Source: an uncultured Bacteroidales bacterium (GTDB lineage Bacteria; Bacteroidota; Bacteroidia; Bacteroidales; VadinHA17). Taken from it: 64,000 nucleotides of DNA. Shown here piece by piece: positions 26,505-36,923 of this stretch (its first letter is position 1; each line of letters opens with the position of its first letter). A program made the position numbers and the translations under genes. The notes under the pieces were generated by a model. That model did no database searches, was not told the origin of the DNA, and saw only the letters and a list, made by a program, of their open reading frames with translations. Location: assembly GCA_963746685.1 (NCBI GenBank), contig CAVVBY010000035.1, positions 71,742-135,741 on the forward strand. Reading direction: 5' to 3'.

Positions 26505-29500
26505 CTATTTTTTAAGTTTTATAAGGGGATAAGCTTTTGAGAAGCCGGCGCCATGAATATTCAAAATGTAAAGGGCCGGACTTAGCTGATAAGTATTTAT
26601 GAAGATCTGGTTTTCACCCTCTGTTAATTCCTTGTCGGTCATAAAAACCTGTTTCCCAACGGAATTTGACAGGGTTAAACGTATTGTTTTGTCGGCTTTT
26701 GAGTTAATTATAATATTCAGCTGATCCGTAAATGGATTTGGGAATATAGTCACTGATTCTTCTATTTCAGTGTTCTCAACTCTAATCATTAATGTGTCGT
26801 TCAGCAGATAATCATCATCATTATCATATCCGAAAACTGAAATGTTGTAAATCCCGCTAAGATCCATATCTGCTCTCCTGTCGAAATCGACAGTGACTGA
26901 ATCGTGGTAAGGCATAAGTACGGTTTTAAAATGCTGAACCACAGGAAATCTTCCATTTATTGAATAGGCAAGATTGAAACCTTTCAGGGTATCTCTTCCA
27001 ACATTAAGCACTTTTACCGAGACCAATTCCTGTCCGTAAACCTCCTTTTGCACAGGAGTAATAATACGTGCCACTTCAATATCTTTTTGTATATAATTGA
27101 CCTTGACAGATCCTGAAAAATCAATCAGGTCTATCCATGCACCGTCAGCTCCCTGCGAAACAGAGTTGTCTTTCTTGTATGACCATTCCATAATGTTCAG
27201 GCCTGCCGGTACTGCAACTTTCTTAATCTCCCAGTTTGTTTCTCCTGATTTCCTCATTATTTCAGTGTCATTCAGCTTAAAAAAGAAATAGTCATAATTT
27301 GGTTCCGAAGAGACTTTGCTGTAAAATTTCAGGGTATCAGCTTCCGGAAAATATGTTCTCATTATTAACGAGGAGGTAGCGTTGTGGCCTATGGCTCCGG
27401 AACGTGCTGAAACAACACCATCAATGGAATTTGTTCCAGTGATCGTCCACGGCTTATTACTCAGGTTGATCCATGGAAACACCTTAAATGTTGATGATTC
27501 AAAGCTCTCCCTGATTCTGCCGACCCTGAACGAAAAGTTTTTATTAACGATGAAAGGGGAGCAGTCAAGTGTTGATAATAGTGAGATAAAATCACCGTAT
27601 AGAGCCGATTCAGACAGTTTTACCAACACAGGTATATCTGATATCTCTCCGAACTGAAGCAGTCCGGATTTGATGTTGTGATCAATAATTTGAAGTTCAG
27701 TCTCCTGGCTGGCAATAATAAATTGTCCCGATGTATTGCTGGTTCCCCGATTCCTGACCTGGAAAATAAGGCTGAAATTCTCCCCCGGCTCCGCTACAAA
27801 GTTGTTATTGCCGTAAACTGAATCATCAATAATACAGTTTATTATCTCAAGCCTGGGCGCATGGACCGTAATATCTATCTTGTATTTCTTTTCAATCTTA
27901 TTGTCCTTCAGCGTGAGATCAATTGTAACTATACCAAGATCAGGCACATTGTCATCAAGCGTCAACTGAAGAACGTTATCAAGAATTACTTCTGACTTTC
28001 CAGGAAGAGTTCCGATGGTTGCATTGTAATTATCCACAGTAACCCATGGAGATGTTGAAGAAATGGATGCCGTAAGGTTTGAGGCACTAGTAAGTCCCAG
28101 ATTGCCAATCTTGAGCTTAAGGTAAAAGGTTTCACCAAAATCAGCTTTGCCATCATTATTTTCTGCTATGTCATTAATTCCTGACGATGAAAGGTTTATA
28201 AATTCCTTATTGACATCTGAGAAATAAATGGTTTTCATGAGGGGGATCCTGTTCTGACCTGTAACCACCACAAGACAGGAATCATTTGATGAACCCGGAA
28301 GATTAAGAACAACAGATCCCGAGGGGCTTGCAAATGAAGCATCCCATAGAGAGTTAAAATCAGAAACTGCAATATAGGCAAACGGATCTATTGAAATTGA
28401 CCATGACCTGATTCCCTTTGGCAGCGTGTCGGGCAGTGAAATATTGAATTTTTCAGGAGTTCCAATCACAGGTATAACACTGGGATCACCCAGAACAGCA
28501 TATGTTTCCCAGTAATACTTCTTTCTAAGTGAAGTGGTTGAGCTTACTGCAAGATTTCCGGCAAAATTGACCTGACCCATTGTAATGTACCAGTCAGAAG
28601 GTAATTCCTTGTGAGTATGAAATAACCTGTCAAGAGCGCCAAGTCCTGTTTCTGCATACTTTGGATCGGCATTAGGAGTACCTGATCCGACAGCCCAGAT
28701 AAAATCTTCATCCCAGTAAGAATCATTTGTGCATCCAATAAATCCGATTGCCCCTTTCCCGGATGACAGGAGCATTTTGTTTCCAAAGGAAGTGGTGTCG
28801 TTAAATTGTGCTGTCCGGCATGCATTGCTGATTATAAAAGGATACATGCTCTTGTTGCTTAAGCTCTTTATATCCGGCGATTTTATGTCAATGTGCAGCC
28901 AGCCGGCAGATGAACCGTGACCTGAATAATTAATAAACGAAAGCCCCTTTGAAATCAGCTTCATCACTGAATCTTTTTTTGTGGAACCTTCCGGATAGTA
29001 AAAGTGAAACTCTTTGATTTTATTTGCAGCAGTAAGGTAATTTGAAACGCCATATTTTACCTGGCCGTTCATATAGTTCGCGTAGCTGGCATCCTTTCCT
29101 GCGAAAGTCAATGCATTAGTGTAGAATTTATTGGTGTCGGCGAACTGGAATTTTTCATATTCAATTAACTTTTGCACGACCGACTTTACCGAAGTGGTAT
29201 CCTTCGCTGGAATTCTTCCGATAAACATGTCGGGCAAATAGTCTCCGTTGCCGTCAAATTCTCCATAGTACATGTCAGTTACGTTGCCTGAACCTGAACC
29301 ATAGTATGGAATTTTCACGGCATCTCCGATAATAAGCAAATATTCCGGAGCGTGTCCGTTGGCAGAAGACGTAGTATATATTTTCGATATTGATTCTTTC
29401 AATTCCGTGAAATTCTTTCCGGCCAGTCCATCCCCGTAGTAAAGTACATCAAGCTTGAATCCCTTTTGTCTCTTCCACCTGTAAAATGGCTCAAGGTATT

Positions 29501-30284
29501 TCCTGTAGGTGGTGTCAGTCACTATGATCATCTCGACAGGCTGGTCAGAATATCCTGTTATAAGGTCTTCGGGATAATAGTTAAGTACGCCCTTGTCAAA
29601 AGTCTCATTAAACAATGCAGATTCGGAAGCTGAAGATTTGGAATTATTTCTGATATCTTCAGAAAATGTTATCTCAATCTTCATTGACGTTATCACCTCC
29701 AGAAAATTTGATCCCGGGTTGTACGAAACGGGAGCAATGACCAGGCTTGAAAGATTCCTGCCCCTTATCTTTCCGATGGATTCGATCTTTACAGTGTCGG
29801 TTTTAACAATGCCGCGTCTTGAATATAATTCCCTGTCAATTACAAATCCCTGTTTCTGAGTATCTTTCTGCTTGGTTTCGCCATGCTGGGAAGGATACAG
29901 GAGCCCTTTGAAATCATTTTGAGAAGGATTTATTCTGGAAGATTCCACGTCCGAAATTCTTATCTTGTATATGGACCCCTCGGGGATGGCTATAAGCCGG
30001 CTTAATACCGGAAGCTCTGGTTTGCCAGGATCGGATGTAAGTGTATGACCAGGGACCGCCAATCTGTAGAATGTTCCATTCTCATTAATTAAGTTATCAA
30101 TGGTAAGCTCTGATAATCTATAGTTTATTGTAATGGAACGGTCTCCGGTAATAACATTTTTCTCCTGCAAATCACCGTTGAACCGGTACTTGAAACTTTT
30201 TCCTGTCTGCGCTGAAGCAGAGATCGATATTAACAGGAAACAAGATAATATTTTAATCAGCTTGCTTTTCCCTAAATACATCAA
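26505..30284 (-). CDS. C25 (gingipain-family) cysteine peptidase with T9SS C-terminal sorting domain
   Basis: Signal peptide and an N-terminal propeptide-like region (GKPELPVLSRLIAIP). Candidate catalytic His (NYSGHGSSAGW) and Cys (FIISNACRTAQF). The C-terminus TIFPNPFTDQLNI...LIKLKK resembles a Por secretion tail. Confidence 0.8.
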   Translation of the reverse strand: MMYLGKSKLIKILSCFLLISISASAQTGKSFKYRFNGDLQEKNVITGDRSITINYRLSELTIDNLINENGTFYRLAVPGHTLTSDPGKPELPVLSRLIAIPEGSIYKIRISDVESSRINPSQNDFKGLLYPSQHGETKQKDTQKQGFVIDRELYSRRGIVKTDTVKIESIGKIRGRNLSSLVIAPVSYNPGSNFLEVITSMKIEITFSEDIRNNSKSSASESALFNETFDKGVLNYYPEDLITGYSDQPVEMIIVTDTTYRKYLEPFYRWKRQKGFKLDVLYYGDGLAGKNFTELKESISKIYTTSSANGHAPEYLLIIGDAVKIPYYGSGSGNVTDMYYGEFDGNGDYLPDMFIGRIPAKDTTSVKSVVQKLIEYEKFQFADTNKFYTNALTFAGKDASYANYMNGQVKYGVSNYLTAANKIKEFHFYYPEGSTKKDSVMKLISKGLSFINYSGHGSSAGWLHIDIKSPDIKSLSNKSMYPFIISNACRTAQFNDTTSFGNKMLLSSGKGAIGFIGCTNDSYWDEDFIWAVGSGTPNADPKYAETGLGALDRLFHTHKELPSDWYITMGQVNFAGNLAVSSTTSLRKKYYWETYAVLGDPSVIPVIGTPEKFNISLPDTLPKGIRSWSISIDPFAYIAVSDFNSLWDASFASPSGSVVLNLPGSSNDSCLVVVTGQNRIPLMKTIYFSDVNKEFINLSSSGINDIAENNDGKADFGETFYLKLKIGNLGLTSASNLTASISSTSPWVTVDNYNATIGTLPGKSEVILDNVLQLTLDDNVPDLGIVTIDLTLKDNKIEKKYKIDITVHAPRLEIINCIIDDSVYGNNNFVAEPGENFSLIFQVRNRGTSNTSGQFIIASQETELQIIDHNIKSGLLQFGEISDIPVLVKLSESALYGDFISLLSTLDCSPFIVNKNFSFRVGRIRESFESSTFKVFPWINLSNKPWTITGTNSIDGVVSARSGAIGHNATSSLIMRTYFPEADTLKFYSKVSSEPNYDYFFFKLNDTEIMRKSGETNWEIKKVAVPAGLNIMEWSYKKDNSVSQGADGAWIDLIDFSGSVKVNYIQKDIEVARIITPVQKEVYGQELVSVKVLNVGRDTLKGFNLAYSINGRFPVVQHFKTVLMPYHDSVTVDFDRRADMDLSGIYNISVFGYDNDDDYLLNDTLMIRVENTEIEESVTIFPNPFTDQLNIIINSKADKTIRLTLSNSVGKQVFMTDKELTEGENQIFINTYQLSPALYILNIHGAGFSKAYPLIKLKK

Positions 30285-30515
30285 TGTTAATTAATTAACA
30301 CTGTAACCTAAATTCTGCCTGAAAGATATTCAAATTTTCAATACATTGATAAACACCAAAATAAAATTTGACCAACAACTCAAGGCAATATATCAACAGT
30401 GCAATGGTTTAAATATTCTTAACATTTAAACAACCAATACTGTTCATCGAATAAAACAAATATTTGTATATTCGGATTTTAATAAAAGGACTGAATCGAG
30501 GTTAATCAACTGGAA

Positions 30516-31244
30516 ATGAAAAATATCCTTATAACTTTAATATTTGTTGCTATGACTGCTCCGGTTTTTTCCCAGGATCTGCCGGAAGTTGACAAGGTCA
30601 GCACTTCGGCGGGAGATGTTGAAATGTTTTTTATCGGACACGGATCACTGATGTTCAGGATTAATGATTTTGTTATTCATATTGACCCTGTAAAGAGTTC
30701 TGGTAAATATGATAATCTTCCAAAAGCCGACCTGATACTGGTCACACATGAGCATTACGATCATCTTGATACTGAACTTATTAACACTCTGCGTAAACAA
30801 ACGACAGTAATGTTCTGCAACAGTGCCACCGCTTCAAAGGTTCCATGGGCTCAGATTATGAAGCCGGGAGATATTAAAACTGTCGGGAATGTTACAGTCG
30901 AAGCAGTACCTGCCTATAACATTGTTAATGAGCGCGCCAAAGGTCAGCCTTTCCATCCTAAAGGAGTCGGCAATGGTTATATTGTCAAAATAGGGGATAA
31001 GAAATTCTATATTGCCGGTGATACTGAAAACACTCCGGAAATGAAAGCGCTGAAAGGAATTGATGTCGCTTTCCTGCCAATGAACCTTCCTTACACTATG
31101 ACACCCGCAATGGTTGCTGATGCTGCCAAAGCCTTCAGGCCCAAAATATTGTACCCGTATCATTACGGCGATACTAATACTGATGAAATTGTCAGATTAA
31201 TGAAAGGTACAAATACAGAAGTAAGAATAAGAAAACTGAAATAA
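30516..31244 (+). CDS. MBL-fold metallo-hydrolase, secreted
   Basis: Signal peptide and the HEHYDHLD (HxHxDH) motif. Confidence 0.8.
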   Translation: MKNILITLIFVAMTAPVFSQDLPEVDKVSTSAGDVEMFFIGHGSLMFRINDFVIHIDPVKSSGKYDNLPKADLILVTHEHYDHLDTELINTLRKQTTVMFCNSATASKVPWAQIMKPGDIKTVGNVTVEAVPAYNIVNERAKGQPFHPKGVGNGYIVKIGDKKFYIAGDTENTPEMKALKGIDVAFLPMNLPYTMTPAMVADAAKAFRPKILYPYHYGDTNTDEIVRLMKGTNTEVRIRKLK

Positions 31245-31364
31245 ATTGAAATAAACAGAATTAGGCAAAATAAATGAGAAATATAGACAGAAGAGGGTTT
31301 CTTAAAACAGGGATAGCCGGGGCTGCAGGCATCGCTTTATCCACTGCTGTATGCACCAGCTGTT

Positions 31365-32468
31365 ATGCAGACCGGTAATGAAAATATAATTTACCGGACG
31401 CTTGGCAGGACAGGAATTAAGGTTCCTGTTGTAAGCTTTGGAGTAATGCGTGCTGATAATCCTGCTTTGTGTAAGGCAGCCTATGAAAAAGGTATAAAAC
31501 TTTTTGATACGGCAAACGGGTACCAGAATGGCAATAATGAAACCATGCTTGGAAATCTTTTAAAGAATTACCACAGGGATTCTTTCTATCTCGCTACAAA
31601 AGTCAAACCAGCCGGAATCTCAAGGGAAGGAGTGCCATCTTCCGAAACAACGGCAGAAGATTTCCTTTCGAATTTTAACATAAGTCTTACACGTCTTCAG
31701 ATGGACTATGTCGACATACTTTATGTTCACGACATAAGCAATCTTGAGCTCCTTCAATATAAGCCTGTAATTGATGCACTTAAAAAGCTTAAAAAAGATG
31801 GGAAAGTCAGATTTGTGGGATTCTCAACACACAGAAATGAAGCTGCTGTTATTGACGCAGCTGCTTCAGCAGGTAATTGGGATGTTATTCTGACTTCATA
31901 CAATTTCCAGCAGGCTTACAGAAAGGAGCTTGATGCTGCAGTTCATAAGGCAGCTGAAGCCGGAATAGGAATTGTTGCAATGAAAACCCTTGCGGGAGGA
32001 GGGTTCCTTGACAGAGAAAGAACAAAGCCAATGAACACTACTGCAGCAATTAAGTGGGTTTTATCAAACCCCGATATTCCTACAATTATCGCTGGAATGA
32101 CACAATTTGATCAGCTTGATCTTAATGTGAAGATACTTGCTGATGTAACTCTGACTGAACAGGAGAAGAAGGATATCCTGATTGCCAGTGCACAGCCTGG
32201 TCTGTTTTGTTCGGGTTGCCAGGAATGTATCCCTGCATGTCCGATGAAACTCCATGTTCCAGATCTTATGCGGGCATATATGTATGCTTACGGATACTCA
32301 AACCCATCCCAGGCATATTCACTTCTGACCGAACTCGGATATGGCTCAGATCCATGCAAAAACTGCGGGAGTTCATGCAGTGTGAAGTGTTCAAGGAACT
32401 TTAATGTCAGGGAAAAAATTGCTGATATATCGAGACTTGTGGATGTTCCGGCTGACTTTCTGACTTAA
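31365..32468 (+). CDS. aldo/keto reductase with C-terminal Cys-rich (Fe-S-like) domain; probable Tat leader upstream in another frame
   Basis: AKR start YRTLGRTGIKVPVVSFG, DTANGYQNG, and C-terminal CSGCQECIPACP ... CKNCGSSCSVKC. The ATG at 31274 encodes MRNIDRRGFLKTGIAGAAGIALS in a frame offset by one from the enzyme. Confidence 0.8.
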   Translation: MQTGNENIIYRTLGRTGIKVPVVSFGVMRADNPALCKAAYEKGIKLFDTANGYQNGNNETMLGNLLKNYHRDSFYLATKVKPAGISREGVPSSETTAEDFLSNFNISLTRLQMDYVDILYVHDISNLELLQYKPVIDALKKLKKDGKVRFVGFSTHRNEAAVIDAAASAGNWDVILTSYNFQQAYRKELDAAVHKAAEAGIGIVAMKTLAGGGFLDRERTKPMNTTAAIKWVLSNPDIPTIIAGMTQFDQLDLNVKILADVTLTEQEKKDILIASAQPGLFCSGCQECIPACPMKLHVPDLMRAYMYAYGYSNPSQAYSLLTELGYGSDPCKNCGSSCSVKCSRNFNVREKIADISRLVDVPADFLT

Positions 32469-32495
32469 ATATTTATAAGTTGTAAATCTGAACCC

Positions 32496-33305
32496 ATGCG
32501 AAACAGAATTATGCTTTTACTTGCAATTGGATTTATTTCAACTTCGTCTCTTGCTCAGGATATAGTGTTCCCTCAGCTGAAGGGCTACAAGATAAAGACC
32601 GATTATCCTGTATATCTTCCTGATAACCTATGGGATTTCATTAACGGGGCAGCTGACAATTATCTGGCAAACGGATTTGTCGATCTGCATGTTGCTGAGT
32701 ACAAAAAAGGCAAAGCTGTTATAAAACTGGAGGTCTACAGGCACAGCGAGAATACTCTGGCATTTGGGATCTATTCATCAGAACGTTCTCCTTCTTTCAG
32801 ATTTATGAGTCTCGGAGCTCAGGGATATGTTGCCGATGGGTCAATAAACTTCTTTAAAGGAAATTATTACGTGAAGATCAGGACATACTCTAAAAAGGAA
32901 AAAGTACTGCAGGCCGAAGAAACACTTGCAAACAGGGTTGCAGGAATGCTGACCGGAGAAGCAGCAATGCCGGCAATGCTTACCCAGTTTCCGGCTGAAG
33001 GGAGGAAAGTCAACGAAGAGACTTTCATCAATGAAAGCGTACTTGGCCACAGTTTCCTTAACAAAGCTTTCAAAGCTGTTTACCAGGTTGGAAGTGATGA
33101 ATTCTCAATCTTTATTTCTGATGCCAGTTCTCCTGAAGCTGCAAAAAAGACTGCTGAGACATATATTGCTTCCACTGGAATAAGTCCCGTCGAGACCGGC
33201 GACAGCAAATTTATGCTGATGGACGGGTACAACGGTACAATTTTCCTTGCATGGAAAGATAAAAGGATTGTTATAATTTCAGGTCTTGGCGAAAGATCAG
33301 TCTGA
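32496..33305 (+). CDS. hypothetical secreted protein
   Basis: Signal peptide. I could not assign the conserved-looking LWDFINGAADNYLANGF region to a family with confidence. Confidence 0.55.
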   Translation: MRNRIMLLLAIGFISTSSLAQDIVFPQLKGYKIKTDYPVYLPDNLWDFINGAADNYLANGFVDLHVAEYKKGKAVIKLEVYRHSENTLAFGIYSSERSPSFRFMSLGAQGYVADGSINFFKGNYYVKIRTYSKKEKVLQAEETLANRVAGMLTGEAAMPAMLTQFPAEGRKVNEETFINESVLGHSFLNKAFKAVYQVGSDEFSIFISDASSPEAAKKTAETYIASTGISPVETGDSKFMLMDGYNGTIFLAWKDKRIVIISGLGERSV

Positions 33306-33388
33306 GATAGCTGACAGGTACACTTCTGAAATTCTTAAATAAGGGGATAAATCAGGATTTTTATGTTTATCATGTTTCATAGGCCCCT

Positions 33389-34870
33389 CTATTTAAGGGG
33401 CAATGAACTGTTTGCCATTTCTACAACTGAAACAAACAATAACTGAGAGAGATCCTCCATAATTTCAGGTTTAATGATTTCCAGATTATCCAGAGGAATG
33501 TGGTAGTAATTTACAGATCCGAAAGTTGAAAAGCTTAAAGAAGGAACTCCTGCACGCAGGAAGATTGCTGCATCAAGACGGGGTCTTCCAAGATTTGAGA
33601 AGGATCCTGTGACAAGTGTTCTGTGAATATATTTTTTATTTGCCTCCTCTATAAAGGACCATAAAACAGGAAAATCCTTTCCGGCTGCTGCATTTATTCC
33701 CTGACCAATTCCGACTCCGTCCATATTCAGAAGAATACTTTTTTCCAACGGAATTACAGGGTTAGAAATGAACGCTTTTGATCCAAGCAAGCCTTGTTCT
33801 TCTGATCCGAAAGCAACAAATATGACCGACCGCTTCAAAGGTATCTTATTTAAGGCTATGGCTTTTGCAACGCCCATCATTACAGCAACTGCTGAAGCAT
33901 TATCGTTTGCGCCGGGAATCAATTCATAACACATACCAAGGTGGTCGAGATGTGCTCCTATAATTATAACCTCTTTGCTCAGATCAGGATCAGAACCTTT
34001 TAATAATCCGATAACATTGCTTCCTCTGCCTTCAGGAAAATGGCTGGTGCTCATTTTAATTGTGACAATTTTCCCTGTATTAAACGATTGCGGCTTCAGG
34101 GTTTTGTTGATTTTATCAACTATTTCCTGGTGTACTTTACCTGTTCCTGAAAAGATGTCCTTCACTGCTGAATCACCTACATGAACATATATGAAGTTTT
34201 CATTGTAGGCATTGTTGGGATTTCCTATTGGTCCGTAATTGTAAAGCATTCCTATTGCGCCATGCTTTATTGCGTTTTCATGTTTATACTGGTGAAAAGA
34301 ATATTCATACCATGGATTGAATTTTTCAGCGCCTGCTGCAGGATTTACAGGAGCCTCCCTTTCGATCATTATTATCTTGCCTTTTACATCAATCCCTTTA
34401 TAATCGTCATAGCCAAGTTCCGGAGCTGTTATCCCGTATCCGGCATATACAACTTCTGCTGTAATTTCTCCATTCCCTGATGTTGATCCAGGCATGAATT
34501 CGGTGATATATTTATAATGTTTCTGAATATCGCCCCCGTTCCTGACAGGGATATGAAGAGTTACTCCGCAATCGGGCAGAACCATCGTGTAAGACACATT
34601 GAACCACTGAAACCATGTTCCTTTTTCACCTGCAGGTGAAATTCCCCATCCGGAAAATTCATCAGCGAGCCATTCAGCACATGCCTGATATCCGGAAGTT
34701 CCGGTCAGCCTTCCCTGGTACTTTTCGTCACACTGAATTTCAACATATTTAAGAAGGTCATGGCTTGAAATGGAGTGCATCGCATTGACAATGCTGGTTT
34801 CTGACAATTCCTGGGAATTGACTGGTACAAAAAATGAAACCAGAAACAGGAGAATTCCTATCTTCTTCAT
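33389..34870 (-). CDS. M28 family aminopeptidase with PA domain
   Basis: Signal peptide. Zn-ligand motifs GAHLDHLG, GANDNASAVAVMM and FGSEEQGLLGS. Confidence 0.85.
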   Translation of the reverse strand: MKKIGILLFLVSFFVPVNSQELSETSIVNAMHSISSHDLLKYVEIQCDEKYQGRLTGTSGYQACAEWLADEFSGWGISPAGEKGTWFQWFNVSYTMVLPDCGVTLHIPVRNGGDIQKHYKYITEFMPGSTSGNGEITAEVVYAGYGITAPELGYDDYKGIDVKGKIIMIEREAPVNPAAGAEKFNPWYEYSFHQYKHENAIKHGAIGMLYNYGPIGNPNNAYNENFIYVHVGDSAVKDIFSGTGKVHQEIVDKINKTLKPQSFNTGKIVTIKMSTSHFPEGRGSNVIGLLKGSDPDLSKEVIIIGAHLDHLGMCYELIPGANDNASAVAVMMGVAKAIALNKIPLKRSVIFVAFGSEEQGLLGSKAFISNPVIPLEKSILLNMDGVGIGQGINAAAGKDFPVLWSFIEEANKKYIHRTLVTGSFSNLGRPRLDAAIFLRAGVPSLSFSTFGSVNYYHIPLDNLEIIKPEIMEDLSQLLFVSVVEMANSSLPLK

Positions 34871-34910
34871 AAACATCAGATACTAATATTATATATTTCA
34901 GAAATAAATC

Positions 34911-35525
34911 TTACAAGCTGTCTTCCTCAAGTATCCCCGATACCAAATGCTTAAGCTGGGAATATGAGTTTACAACACTGATATCCGGGTTGTCGTCAAT
35001 AACGTTCTGGGGGGGTCTGTAAAGTATCCCGTGCTCAGCCTGGCGCAGCATCGAAACATCATTGTATGAATCACCAACTGCAATTACCTTAAAATTCAGG
35101 TTTTGGAGGGCTTCCACAACCCTTTTCTTTGCTTCGGTCTGACGCAGGTTAAAATCTGTTATATTACCCTCCTTATCTATCGTAAGATGGTGGCAGAATA
35201 GAACGGGCCATCCGATTTTCTCAAGGAGCGGATCAGCAAATTCCCGGAATGTATCAGAAACCACCACCATCTGGACACGGCCGTGAAGCCAGTTTGTAAA
35301 GTCCAGGGCACCCGGCATCAGCTCAAGGAGAGCTATAACTTTCTGGATGTCATTTATTGTTATTCCATGCTGCTTTAAAATTTCCAGCCTTCGCTTCATC
35401 AGCGCGTTATAATCACTGATATCACGTGTTGTAAGCTTTAATTCATCAATACCGGTCCATCTTGCTACATTAATCCAAACCTCTGGAACAAGTACTCCTT
35501 CAAGATCACTGCAAAGCATATACAT
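34911..35525 (-). CDS. thrH: phosphoserine phosphatase / phosphoserine:homoserine phosphotransferase ThrH
   Basis: Collinear with Pseudomonas ThrH: CSDLEGVLVPEVWI, TTRDISDYNALMKRRL, VVVSDTF, AVGDSYND. Confidence 0.85.
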   Translation of the reverse strand: MYMLCSDLEGVLVPEVWINVARWTGIDELKLTTRDISDYNALMKRRLEILKQHGITINDIQKVIALLELMPGALDFTNWLHGRVQMVVVSDTFREFADPLLEKIGWPVLFCHHLTIDKEGNITDFNLRQTEAKKRVVEALQNLNFKVIAVGDSYNDVSMLRQAEHGILYRPPQNVIDDNPDISVVNSYSQLKHLVSGILEEDSL

Positions 35526-35544
35526 TTCTTACAACAATTAAGTA

Positions 35545-36912
35545 TTAGTAATTCTGAATTATGAACTTCTTGAGCACATTGTAATTATTTTCTAAAGATA
35601 TATATTCTTCAGTTCGGGATTCAATTTTGCGGAGCGAATCGGGAAGTTTTGGCTCAATATTGAGTATACTTTTGATTTCATCGCGGAATTTTGCAGGGTG
35701 GGCAGTTTCAAGACATATACAGAATTCTTCCTTATGATCAGAATCCGGGCGATTCTTTATATATTCCTGCAGACCCGTCCATGCAACTGCACCGTGAGGT
35801 TCAAGAAGTTTCCCGTACTGATTATAAAATGACCGGATAGTTTTGCGGGTTTTGCTGTCAGATATACTTATTGCAGAAAATTCCTGCCTCATTCTGTTTA
35901 TGTCCGGAGCTTCAAGGATTGCACCTTTCTCATCCATCCTTCCGCCATACATTGAAATTATCCTTGCCAGATTACTTGGGTGCCCGACATTCATAGCGCT
36001 GGATATACAGTTTCTGGACGGAGATATTGGATTATATTCTCCGGTTCTGAAGAACATTGGAACCTCGTCATTATCATTGGTGGAAATAACAAAGCGCTTT
36101 ACCGGCAATCCCATCTTTTTAGCAAAAAGACCTCCGGCAAGATTCCCGAAATTTCCGCACGGCACGCTGAAGATAAACTCATCTCCGGTTTTGCCGGACA
36201 ATTGCGCCCAAGCCCAGAAATAATAAACTGACTGGGGAAGAAGCCTTCCTATGTTAATTGAATTGGCAGAAGAAAGGTTTTTCCCTGACAACCGGGGATC
36301 CATAAATGCAGTTTTGACAAGTCTCTGACAATCATCAAATTTACCATCAATTTCAATAACCTTTATATTGTCATGAAATGTGGTCATCTGTTTTCTCTGC
36401 ATTTCAGTAACTTCTCCGGAAGGAAACAATATTAACACCCTGATATTTTCCAATCCGTGAAATGCATTGGCAACGGCGCTTCCGGTATCACCCGATGTCG
36501 CGGTAAGAATTGTAATATGCTTATCCTCCTGGCAAAGAAAATACTGCATCAGCTTTCCCATCAGTAGTGCTGCAAAATCCTTGAACGAAGCTGTGGGTCC
36601 CTGGTCGAGGCGCATCAGATAATTTTTTTCAGAAACATATTCCAGGGGAATGCTGAAAGTATAGGTCTCATTGCAGATGTTTCTCAGGTCAGCTTTACTT
36701 ATCTCATTTCCAATAATTCTGCTGATAATTTCAGTGGTCAGTTCCGGGTATGTTTCTTTTGATATAGCCTCAAGTTCCCCCGAAGTCAGCTTAGGCAGAT
36801 AAAGCGGCATATAAAGTCCGCTATCAGGTGCAAGTCCCTTGAGAAGGGCTTCTCTGAATGTGACATGGGGTGCCTTAAGGTTTGTTGAATAATATAGAGT
36901 TCCCGCTTCCAA
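35545..36912 (-). CDS. thrC: threonine synthase
   Basis: PLP-lysine motif PTASFKDFA and TATSGDTGSAVA. Typical long-form ThrC length. Confidence 0.9.
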   Translation of the reverse strand: MEAGTLYYSTNLKAPHVTFREALLKGLAPDSGLYMPLYLPKLTSGELEAISKETYPELTTEIISRIIGNEISKADLRNICNETYTFSIPLEYVSEKNYLMRLDQGPTASFKDFAALLMGKLMQYFLCQEDKHITILTATSGDTGSAVANAFHGLENIRVLILFPSGEVTEMQRKQMTTFHDNIKVIEIDGKFDDCQRLVKTAFMDPRLSGKNLSSANSINIGRLLPQSVYYFWAWAQLSGKTGDEFIFSVPCGNFGNLAGGLFAKKMGLPVKRFVISTNDNDEVPMFFRTGEYNPISPSRNCISSAMNVGHPSNLARIISMYGGRMDEKGAILEAPDINRMRQEFSAISISDSKTRKTIRSFYNQYGKLLEPHGAVAWTGLQEYIKNRPDSDHKEEFCICLETAHPAKFRDEIKSILNIEPKLPDSLRKIESRTEEYISLENNYNVLKKFIIQNY

Positions 36913-36923
36913 TTCTTTTTGTA

